23,838 nt of DNA from Candidatus Thorarchaeota archaeon (GTDB taxonomy: Archaea > Asgardarchaeota > Thorarchaeia > Thorarchaeales > Thorarchaeaceae): positions 1 through 23,838 of the forward strand of contig JAEOUG010000086.1 of NCBI GenBank assembly GCA_016839445.1. The letters are read 5' to 3'. How positions within the stretch are numbered: position 1 is the stretch's first letter; the number at the start of each line of letters is the position of its first letter. A program made the translations under genes and the position numbers. Positions 16,574-23,838 of the stretch are shown piece by piece. Below the pieces are notes generated by a model, which was not told the origin of the DNA, searched no databases, and worked only from the letters and a program-made list of their open reading frames with translations.

Positions 16574-17929
16574 CTATGTCAGAAGTCTGAGTGCAATCTC
16601 TTCTACACCTCTCGAAACCAGGCATATGATAGCGTATTCTCCGACAATCATCACACCCATCATTATGCCACCTGCGACGAAATACAGGAGCGAAATGGAT
16701 GAGAGGAGCAGCCCAAAACAGGCCGCCACTGCAAAGATGGCAGCTGAAGCCTTTGGAATTGCAGCACGTGCAATTCGCAGCCCCGGTTTGAAGACACACA
16801 TCAGACTCGGATTCATCTCACGCCACAGGTTGTAGTATCTCTCGTTTCTGAAGACGTATTTCACGTCCCTAGAAACCTGAATATCGAAGAAGCTGTCATA
16901 CGGTTCCCGAGGTGTAACCCAGAATACACGAGACATAAACAAGAGTGGAATCCACGAGTAAGCGAAGAGGCAAAGAGGCAAGTCCCCCCTGCCAGCAATG
17001 CATATCAGGACAATCGAAACAAGGACACCCCACAACCTACTGAGCCGCACATATCTTCTCTCTCCTTTTGACAACTCCCTACACTTCGGGCAGACGAAGA
17101 TACGCCCACTTCCAGTGAAGCTCCGACCATAATGAGCTGATGACGGCCCAGAGCCAGCTGAGCTGCGTCTCGGACGGTCAAGAGATACCACTCCTCCATC
17201 ATAGGAGGACACAGACATGGTTCCGCATCCAATGCAAGCCGTTGGCCAGTCAGCAGTGTACACCTTGCGAGCATAGAATGCAGTGTCTACAACCACTGTT
17301 CCGCCGTCCTTGTCCTGCCAGAACACGTCCTCATCCGGAGTCACTCGCCCAAGAAGAATCGGACCTACGATTGTGAAACTTGACGACATCAACAGCGAGA
17401 CGGAGAGGAAAAGAAGAGTCCCAAGAATGGCGGAAACTGGAAATGACCCAGACTTGGTCAGGAGATCTAGGAGAATCGAGAATCCTGCCCAGACAGCAAT
17501 GGAAGTACCATAAAGCGACCCAGAGGGCATCAATGTAGATTGTTGTTCAGAGAGCGGAGACATGTTTCTGAGAAGATCTATGCTGTACAAAGACCGCCAT
17601 AGGAGGTACGACACAACTAATACGTAGGTGAGAAGCACGCCGTAGGTCACGATGTAGAACGGGGATAACAAGTAGAAGACAGGAGCGAGGATGAGTCCAG
17701 TAAGCAGTGAAAGCTGCGTCAGCCTATTCTTAGTCCCCTTTTCTAGTAGGAAGTACGCGACAAGGAAGGAAACGAGTATCGACGGAAGTGTCACAAAGAC
17801 GGGCAGCGCCTCGTACCTCTCCGTTGAGGACATCTGTGGGATTAACACAGTGGGAGTAGCGCCGAAGATGAGAGCGACTAGAACAGGATACAGAAAGCGC
17901 CTGTCAGCTCTGACCGCCCGAATCGACAT
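16574..17929 (-). CDS. Uncharacterised multi-pass membrane protein with an internal zinc-finger-like domain
   Basis: About 6 N-terminal TM helices, then a soluble region with CIGCG...CPKC, then about 4 more TM helices. GAGGGGAG SD and TTATTAG box upstream. Confidence 0.75.
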   Translation of the reverse strand: MSIRAVRADRRFLYPVLVALIFGATPTVLIPQMSSTERYEALPVFVTLPSILVSFLVAYFLLEKGTKNRLTQLSLLTGLILAPVFYLLSPFYIVTYGVLLTYVLVVSYLLWRSLYSIDLLRNMSPLSEQQSTLMPSGSLYGTSIAVWAGFSILLDLLTKSGSFPVSAILGTLLFLSVSLLMSSSFTIVGPILLGRVTPDEDVFWQDKDGGTVVVDTAFYARKVYTADWPTACIGCGTMSVSSYDGGVVSLDRPRRSSAGSGPSSAHYGRSFTGSGRIFVCPKCRELSKGERRYVRLSRLWGVLVSIVLICIAGRGDLPLCLFAYSWIPLLFMSRVFWVTPREPYDSFFDIQVSRDVKYVFRNERYYNLWREMNPSLMCVFKPGLRIARAAIPKASAAIFAVAACFGLLLSSISLLYFVAGGIMMGVMIVGEYAIICLVSRGVEEIALRLLT

Positions 17930-17997
17930 TCTCCCCTCTCCAAGAAGGGTATGTCAAGTCATCCTAATAACTGTGGTTCCAGTCGGTCCGTGTAGGT

Positions 17998-19182
17998 TCA
18001 TTTGAGCCGCTTCGCAATATCTGAAGCAAGCAGCTTCACCTGTCGCTCCTCATCGTCAGTCGGACGGGCCTTGACTCGGATAACGGGTTCTAGAACTTCA
18101 CAACGCATCTCTTCGAACATCTCTTTCAGCTTACGGACACCACCGCCACCCCAGCCGTATGTCCCGAAGAGGCCGATGACATTGGCAGGGAATCTCTTCC
18201 CCTTCACTTCATTCACAAAGGCCCAGACTTTGGGGAATGGGAATGCATCATAGGTGGGGGTCCCGACTACTAGCACTCCGGCACGGACTGAGTCGACAAG
18301 AATCTTGCTCATCTCGCTATAGGACACGTTGTGAACTCTCACATCGACACCCATGTCAACGAGCTCTTTCTTGAGTTTCATGGCAAGTCTATGTGTGTAG
18401 CCATACATGGTGCCATACACAATGGTGCAGTGCTTCTCGAGCTCAGGCCGGGTCCACTCATCGTACTTTTCGACAATCCACATCGGATGCTCTCGGTAGA
18501 TCGGGCCGTGGCTTGGAGCAATCATCTTGAGACCGATACCCAAATCTTTCGCTCTGGCAATAGCCTTCTGCACGAACTTGAAGTAGCTCGTAATGATTGC
18601 AGAGAGGTATCGGCGGCTCTCCATCTCAACAAGATCCAGGTCAATCTCGTCGTCGAAGTGCCTACCGTTCAATGCGCCGAATGCCCCAAAGGCATCGCAG
18701 CTCATGAGAATCTGGTCTTCGGCGATGTAGGTGAACATGGTCTCCGGCCAGTGAAGGAAGGGGGCGTGAACGAACTTCAGGGTCTTGCCGCCGAGAGAGA
18801 TCTCCTCAAGATCCTCAACGATCTTCTCCTTGAGGGGTACATCGTAGAAGGACTTCTGCATGTCTGAGGCCTTGGATGTGTAGACCATGGTAGCATTCTT
18901 GGCAATCCTGGCGATATCAGGGAGCGAACTGGTGTGGTCAGGCTCCATGTGGTTCAAGATGATGTAATCGATCTTGGATGGGTCTACTATCTCTCTGATA
19001 TTCTCAATCCATTCGCTTGACCATGGACCCTTCACCGTTTCAACGAGCGCTATCTTCTCGTCGACAATCAAGTAGCTATTGTACGACACACCGAAGGGCA
19101 ATTCCCAAAGATTCTCGAAGAGCTTGGTGTGGTGGTCATCCACACCTATGTAATAGACACCCTTGGCCATTTCTCTGTGCAT
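17998..19182 (-). CDS. fprA: Flavodiiron protein (type A flavoprotein, FprA; O2/NO reductase)
   Basis: GVSYNSYLI, HMEPDH, HWPE, SCDAFG and PSHG diiron ligands, plus a flavodoxin domain (YGTMYGYT, GTPT, FGTYGWGG). Start at ATG 19182 follows an AGGTGA SD. Confidence 0.94.
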   Translation of the reverse strand: MHREMAKGVYYIGVDDHHTKLFENLWELPFGVSYNSYLIVDEKIALVETVKGPWSSEWIENIREIVDPSKIDYIILNHMEPDHTSSLPDIARIAKNATMVYTSKASDMQKSFYDVPLKEKIVEDLEEISLGGKTLKFVHAPFLHWPETMFTYIAEDQILMSCDAFGAFGALNGRHFDDEIDLDLVEMESRRYLSAIITSYFKFVQKAIARAKDLGIGLKMIAPSHGPIYREHPMWIVEKYDEWTRPELEKHCTIVYGTMYGYTHRLAMKLKKELVDMGVDVRVHNVSYSEMSKILVDSVRAGVLVVGTPTYDAFPFPKVWAFVNEVKGKRFPANVIGLFGTYGWGGGGVRKLKEMFEEMRCEVLEPVIRVKARPTDDEERQVKLLASDIAKRLK

Positions 19183-19290
19183 TCCATTCACCTTTGTCCT
19201 GTGTGACTCCGGTGCTCGGGAGATAAAAGAGATTCCCTGAGCACCTGCAAAATGGAACGTTAACCATAGTTAAATGATTCGGAACGAGTT

Positions 19291-20472
19291 CTATTCAGGG
19301 AAGGAGCCCCAGATATCGTCTGCCGAACTACTTGCATCGAGGATGGCATCTCGAAGTGACTGAAGTCGTATCTTCAAATCGGACTTGTCCTGCCTTCCGT
19401 GAAGGAGATGCCCAGGCCTGAGGACAACCCGAGCATCACCAGTGTGCGGTTTGATCTTGAGTTGGCGACTGCTCAGTTGCACATGGACCCCAGGGAAGAC
19501 TGTGACGCCAGAGGGTTCCTTTATGCGACACCTCGCTATGCGGACGTTCTTGAAAACGAGTTCAATGGTCTTGCTTCGTCTACCTAGATTCACCTTTGCC
19601 TCCTTAAGTCTGGAGAGAGGAAGATAATCAAGCGAACCATAGGGAGTCGGAGGATGGCTAGGCCCTACATGAATCAGCGTCCCGAACCAGCTATCAGAGG
19701 GGTACATTATGTCGAACCAAGATTCGTCGGGTCGAGTCAGGTATAACCCGTACATTCCAATAGCGACAAGCCTCTGACTGGTGACTGAAATCGTTCCACC
19801 TCTCGTTCGAGCTCCGAATTCAAGTATTCCATCATCTATGCAAAGGACCTTCTCGCCCTGCATCAGCTGTGATTCCAAGAATCTGCGATGTACACAATAC
19901 ATGGTGTTCCATTCTCTTCCAGGACCGCCAACAGCCCCCGGAGTGTCTTCTTGGAACAGGTACGCATCTGGCTCGAAGTTACGGTACAGAAGAGACTGGA
20001 TTACACTGTGAGGCTCGTGAGGGGTTCTTGGATAGCCTCGAGAATAGAGGCCAAGGCATACCTGAAATCGAAGATCAGAACCGGCACGCGAAAGGTCGAT
20101 ACCCCGCTCATGCATGGCACTGAATTGATTGCTCACGAGTTCTGCCCAGTCAAGGCCATCATATTCTTCGGCAATCCTCTGCAGTGCTCTAAGAGATCCA
20201 TCTGCAGCAATCTCCTCATCTATGCCGTCGACGCGGATTCCACGAATCGCAGGGGCCTCAGTAGGCTCGTAAATGACAGTGACGATATCACCAAGATGAG
20301 GAACAGAGCCCAGTGTCTTCTCATCAAGCACAAACTCGAGTTGCCTCCCACTACTGAATCCAACAATGATGATAGGTAGCCCGTCTTCTGTCGCTGACGC
20401 ATCCAGTATTGTGCCCTGCTCTCTGAGGACCACAGTAATCCGACCCCTCGATTCGCTTTGGAACTCGCCCAC
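19291..20472 (-). CDS. Hypothetical protein (possible N-terminal OB-like and C-terminal PH/GRAM-like domains)
   Basis: Long 393-aa ORF filling the gap between fprA and AOR, with no competing credible ORF. The domain guess comes from sequence pattern only, and the start is uncertain. Confidence 0.65.
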   Translation of the reverse strand: MGEFQSESRGRITVVLREQGTILDASATEDGLPIIIVGFSSGRQLEFVLDEKTLGSVPHLGDIVTVIYEPTEAPAIRGIRVDGIDEEIAADGSLRALQRIAEEYDGLDWAELVSNQFSAMHERGIDLSRAGSDLRFQVCLGLYSRGYPRTPHEPHSVIQSLLYRNFEPDAYLFQEDTPGAVGGPGREWNTMYCVHRRFLESQLMQGEKVLCIDDGILEFGARTRGGTISVTSQRLVAIGMYGLYLTRPDESWFDIMYPSDSWFGTLIHVGPSHPPTPYGSLDYLPLSRLKEAKVNLGRRSKTIELVFKNVRIARCRIKEPSGVTVFPGVHVQLSSRQLKIKPHTGDARVVLRPGHLLHGRQDKSDLKIRLQSLRDAILDASSSADDIWGSFPE

Positions 20473-20598
20473 GGCCGAGATAAATGTTCGGAACGAAACC
20501 TAGGCTCCGTTGTGCATATTGATGCATAACGATATGAAGCTTTGAAGCATATCGCTAATAAGAACGATTGGACATTGGTGTACAGAGGAGGAATTGCC

Positions 20599-22386
20599 AC
20601 GAGTAGAGTATTGCGAATCAACATGACGGATCTCTCACACAAGTGGGAAGACGTCAAGAAGGAGCACGCGGATCTCGCCGGCAGGGCATTCACCAGTACG
20701 GTAGTGTCTGAAGAAGTGGATCCGATGTGTCATCCCCTTCGAGAAAAGAACAAGATTGTCATATCCCCAGGACTACTAGCAGGAACCATGGCCCCTTCAT
20801 CAGGTAGGCTGAGCGTTGGTGCGAAGTCACCCTTGACAGGCGGCATCAAGGAGGCCAACGCAGGAGGGCTCACTGCGACACGACTGGCCAATATCGGTGT
20901 TCGCGGAATCATCATTGAAGGGATGCCCGAGGGTGATGACTGGTACAGCATTGTCATAGGGAAGGACAAGTGCGAAATAAAGAGAACCAACGACTATGCT
21001 GGGATTGGACTCTACGAACTCATCAAGAAGATATGGAAGGACTATCCCACAAAGCCTGGCATCATAGGCGCAGGGTTAGCAGGCCAGCGACTGTACAAGT
21101 GCGCAGGAGTCTTCGGCAACAACATCGAGAATTCCGATCCAGGCAGGTACGCAGGGAGAGGAGGACTTGGTGCGGTCTTCGGCTCGAAACGGATTGTTGC
21201 CATCATATCCGACGATACCGGAGGTTCCAGACCGGAGGCCAAGGAGAAAGAGCGGTTTGACGAAGCCAGGAAGGTGTTCGTGAACTCCCTCAATGACCAC
21301 GCGGTCACTGGGCGCCTGAAAGACAAGGACGGGAACCCCTATGGAGGCCTGAAGAACTACGGAACTAACATCCTTCAGAACATCCTGAGCGAAGCCGGCG
21401 GTCTTCCAACCAGAGGCTTTAGTTCGGGGAGATTCGACAAAGCGGCCAAGATCTCGGGAGAGGCAGTGCATGATCTTGTCGATAGGACGAAGGAGAAGTT
21501 CGGTGACAAGGCCGAAGGGAAGTACGGTCATGCATGTCACCCTGGCTGCATTATGGCTTGCTCCAATGTAGTCCCCTACGAGAAGACAGGCAAGCTCCAT
21601 GTTTCGCCCTTGGAGTACGAGTCGGCATGGGCCCTCGGCGCAAACCTCGGCATCGGGGAGCTCCACGATGTTGCAGAGCTCAATCGGCTGTGCAACGATA
21701 TCGGGTTGGACACTATTGAGGCAGGGAACACAATTGCGATGTTCATGGAAGCAGGGAAGATTCCCTTCGGAGATGGCAAGAAGGCGATCGAGCTTCTCAA
21801 GAAGGCCTACGATGAGAAATCAATAGAGGGGGCGCTTGTATGCTCTGGCACACTGACAGCCGGAGAAGCACTTGGGGTAACGAGAATACCTGTTGTGAAG
21901 GGACAGGCATTGCCGGCCTATGATCCCAGACCGATTAAGGGCATAGGAGTCACCTATGCAACAACCACCATGGGAGCAGACCACACAGCGGGTTACACCA
22001 TCGCCGCCGAGATTCTCGGAATCAAGGGCACGGTTACTGACCCAAGGAAGATCGAAAAGGCCGAGCTCTCCCAGGCGTTTCAGGCCACAACCGCCTACAT
22101 AGACTCCTCAGGTTACTGTCTGTTCATTGCATTCTGCGTCCTGGATGATGATGACGGATTCAAGGCGATGACAGACACTGTGGACGCCTTCTTGGGGAAG
22201 GCGGTGGATGTTACGGCGTATGGCAAGAAGGTGCTGAAGATGGAACGCGAGTTCAACAAGAAGGCAGGCTTCACTGAGAAGGATGACAGGCTGCCCGAGT
22301 TCTTCTACACCGAGAAGCTGCCGCCACACAACGTCGTCTTCGATGTCCCCGACGAAGAGCTGGATGCAGTATACAAGAACATGTAG
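20599..22386 (+). CDS. aor: Aldehyde:ferredoxin oxidoreductase (tungstopterin/[4Fe-4S], AOR family)
   Basis: KSPLTGGIKEANAGG, AGRGGLGAVFGSK, CHPGCIMAC, EYES, GLDTI, PAYDPR, GADH, GYCLF and DRLP. The start is uncertain: homology begins at ACG 20599; in-frame TTG/GTG occur at 20575/20578. Confidence 0.95.
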   Translation, partial: TSRVLRINMTDLSHKWEDVKKEHADLAGRAFTSTVVSEEVDPMCHPLREKNKIVISPGLLAGTMAPSSGRLSVGAKSPLTGGIKEANAGGLTATRLANIGVRGIIIEGMPEGDDWYSIVIGKDKCEIKRTNDYAGIGLYELIKKIWKDYPTKPGIIGAGLAGQRLYKCAGVFGNNIENSDPGRYAGRGGLGAVFGSKRIVAIISDDTGGSRPEAKEKERFDEARKVFVNSLNDHAVTGRLKDKDGNPYGGLKNYGTNILQNILSEAGGLPTRGFSSGRFDKAAKISGEAVHDLVDRTKEKFGDKAEGKYGHACHPGCIMACSNVVPYEKTGKLHVSPLEYESAWALGANLGIGELHDVAELNRLCNDIGLDTIEAGNTIAMFMEAGKIPFGDGKKAIELLKKAYDEKSIEGALVCSGTLTAGEALGVTRIPVVKGQALPAYDPRPIKGIGVTYATTTMGADHTAGYTIAAEILGIKGTVTDPRKIEKAELSQAFQATTAYIDSSGYCLFIAFCVLDDDDGFKAMTDTVDAFLGKAVDVTAYGKKVLKMEREFNKKAGFTEKDDRLPEFFYTEKLPPHNVVFDVPDEELDAVYKNM

Positions 22387-22395
22387 AAGGTCTAC

Positions 22396-22432
22396 GAGAA
22401 GGACTACAAGTCCTTCTCACCTCTCTCTTTTT
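22396..22432 (+). terminator. Hairpin plus T-tract terminator after aor
   Basis: Perfect inverted repeat GAGAAGGACT-ACA-AGTCCTTCTC followed by ACCTCTCTCTTTTT, starting 9 nt after the stop. Confidence 0.7.
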
Positions 22433-22483
22433 CAGCAACCACTAGTGTTAACTACGATTCTTCCGAGGGGGTCTTGATTCCTA

Positions 22484-22807
22484 ATGGCTGACGACGACAT
22501 CGACGTGCATTTGTATGGGATGCTGAGGAAGCTCGTCAAGAACAGCAGACCCGATGAAGACACTGTACTGAAGATGAAGCATGTTCCTGGAGAGACCTTC
22601 GCACGTCTGATCGAGAGAATCGGACTGACGAAAGAGGATCTTGGAGACTGCTTTATCGATGGCACCTTGGCGAAGTCTGATGCTGTCATACCCAAGGGTG
22701 CGAGAGTGGGTCTGTTCCCATTCAACATGGTGCTCCTCTGTGGTGGTCAGCACCTGAAAGGCCATGGATACACACGTGATGATGTTGATGTGGACTACTA
22801 CAAGTGA
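22484..22807 (+). CDS. MoaD/ThiS-like beta-grasp (ubiquitin-like) protein with an internal CGG and 19-aa C-terminal extension
   Basis: IDVHLYGMLR, GETF..L...IGL, FIDG and G.RVGLFP match the MoaD/SAMP pattern. It continues FNMVLLCGG-QHLKGHGYTRDDVDVDYYK. Confidence 0.7.
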   Translation: MADDDIDVHLYGMLRKLVKNSRPDEDTVLKMKHVPGETFARLIERIGLTKEDLGDCFIDGTLAKSDAVIPKGARVGLFPFNMVLLCGGQHLKGHGYTRDDVDVDYYK

Positions 22808-22809
22808 TA

Positions 22810-23076
22810 ATGATGCAGGTAGATGTGAAGCTCTACGCCACACTTCGTCGGCTCGCGCCGAGAGGATTGGAGGTTGGCGAAGCATTCAGAGTCAAGTTTG
22901 ATGGGAACAAGGTCTCAGATCTGCTTCAATCGCTGAACATCAAGCCAGATCAAGCGAAGATCGTGATGTGCAACGGTGTGAGAATAGCGGGGCTCGATCA
23001 AGAACTCTCAGAGGGCGATCTTGTAGTAATCTTCCCTCCGGTGGGAGGCGGCTCAATAGACCTGTCAGCTATCTGA
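22810..23076 (+). CDS. MoaD/ThiS/SAMP family sulfur carrier (ubiquitin-like) with a 7-aa extension after GGG
   Basis: VDVKLYATLR, V.DLL..L.I, NG, L.EGD.V.IFPPVGGG, then SIDLSAI*. Lies downstream of aor, a context typical of MoaD. Confidence 0.88.
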   Translation: MMQVDVKLYATLRRLAPRGLEVGEAFRVKFDGNKVSDLLQSLNIKPDQAKIVMCNGVRIAGLDQELSEGDLVVIFPPVGGGSIDLSAI

Positions 23077-23090
23077 GGGAGTCGACTGCA

Positions 23091-23627
23091 ATGAGGGCAG
23101 GGTATTTTCTGATGCTTGTTGTCTTGGTGACAATTGCGCCCTCACCTCCGCCCAGCGTGTACGAACCACTAGCAGTGCACGGATTCACAATCGATGGATT
23201 GTCCTGGCAGTATCTCTCAGTAGTGTGTGACAAGAACGAGTTGCTCAGAGGGTCCTTCGAAGCGACCAGTGACGGTAGCCTATATCCAGGCGATGAACAG
23301 AAGTATGATGATTGGGTTCCCATCAGGATTGACTTCACAATTCTCTCTGCACCTGAGTTCGCCCTTCTTCAGGCGGGAGACTCCTCGACTCCACTCTTTG
23401 AGATGCATGATGTTTCCCAGGGATCATGGTCTCTGCGGATACCAGAGGCAGGTGAGTGGTTTCTTGTCTACTTCAATCCTACAATCTATTTTGTCCAGAT
23501 TGATGGGCATACGTCGCGTACTGGATTCAGTCTCTTGGTGGCTTCGCTGATAGTACTACTCCCACTAGGGGCGGCCCTTGCATTGGGAGGGCTGCTATGG
23601 AGCCGGAGAGGGCGGTTGATCAGCTAA
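23091..23627 (+). CDS. Type I membrane protein: signal peptide, beta-sandwich (GOLD/p24-like) ectodomain, C-terminal TM helix and short basic tail
   Basis: ATG 23091 begins MRAGYFLMLVVLVTIA (signal/anchor). A beta-rich region IDFTIL...GSWSLRIPEAGEWFLVYFN follows, then TM LLVASLIVLLPLGAALALGGLLW and tail SRRGRLIS. Confidence 0.7.
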   Translation: MRAGYFLMLVVLVTIAPSPPPSVYEPLAVHGFTIDGLSWQYLSVVCDKNELLRGSFEATSDGSLYPGDEQKYDDWVPIRIDFTILSAPEFALLQAGDSSTPLFEMHDVSQGSWSLRIPEAGEWFLVYFNPTIYFVQIDGHTSRTGFSLLVASLIVLLPLGAALALGGLLWSRRGRLIS

Positions 23628-23838
23628 TCTCGCTCGTGATTGGGGCTTCCGTAGGTATCAGCTCATCGACCAGCTCAACAATGGACCTGCCAAGCAGGCC
23701 TCCAAAACCTCCCAAGAGGCCTCCGATGAGACAACTGATCAATATCACGAGCCAGCCGAGCCCGCTCAGTCCCAGGATACCTAGGAAGAAGTCTGCTATG
23801 ACCAGCGCCTGAGCAGTAAGTGCGAGGTAGATGAACAG
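23620..23838 (-). CDS. Membrane protein, C-terminal fragment (5' end outside the window)
   Basis: Open minus-strand frame LFIYLALTAQALVIADFFLGILGLSGLGWLVILISCLIGGLLGGFGGLLGRSIVELVDELIPTEAPITSEIS*, with Gly-rich TM helices. Not in the ORF track. Confidence 0.7.
   Translation of the reverse strand: MFIYLALTAQALVIADFFLGILGLSGLGWLVILISCLIGGLLGGFGGLLGRSIVELVDELIPTEAPITSEIS

Noticed and set aside
21076-21666. 196-aa minus-strand ORF, and similar short ORFs nested in aor, fprA, the MFS and ABC genes
   Set aside because: They lie entirely within strongly supported genes on another strand or frame and lack motifs or ribosome-binding sites.
22968-23090. Upstream extension of the 219-aa ORF
   Set aside because: It overlaps the MoaD-like gene in another frame, and the signal peptide begins at ATG 23091.
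1-23838. CRISPR arrays, rRNA/tRNA genes, transposases, integrases and defence systems
   Set aside because: No regularly spaced repeats, cloverleaf or rRNA-like segments, terminal inverted repeats or recombinase/nuclease motifs were seen by eye.

Overview
Gene-dense 23.8 kb prokaryotic window that looks archaeal and anaerobic. Indirect evidence: TATA-like boxes about 30-40 nt upstream of several starts, GGAGG/AGGTGA ribosome-binding sites, TTG/GTG starts, aldehyde:ferredoxin oxidoreductase (AOR) with MoaD-like genes, rubrerythrin, a flavodiiron protein and Zn-ribbon membrane proteins. The style resembles Asgard/Thorarchaeota-like genomes, but no marker gene is present, so the taxonomy is inference only. 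Contents: four Dpp/Opp-type ABC ATPases (one partial, two orphan paralogs with an insertion), a TPR protein, an unlisted 50-aa Cys/His microprotein, two MFS transporters, a bacterial-type GAPDH, a degenerate citrate-synthase-fold protein, an amidohydrolase, a DapA-family lyase, a C45-like Ntn hydrolase, a DUF362 Fe-S protein, an AOTCase-like carbamoyltransferase, rubrerythrin, FprA and AOR. AOR is followed by two ubiquitin-like (MoaD/ThiS) proteins whose di-Gly is capped by C-terminal extensions, then a p24/GOLD-like type I membrane protein. No rRNA, tRNA, CRISPR array or mobile element was seen. Best leads: the capped Ubl pair behind AOR, a probable ACG start for AOR, the asymmetric orphan ABC ATPase pair, the GOLD-like and PH-like proteins, and several enzymes with altered active-site motifs. 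All family calls come from reading motifs by eye; no searches were run.
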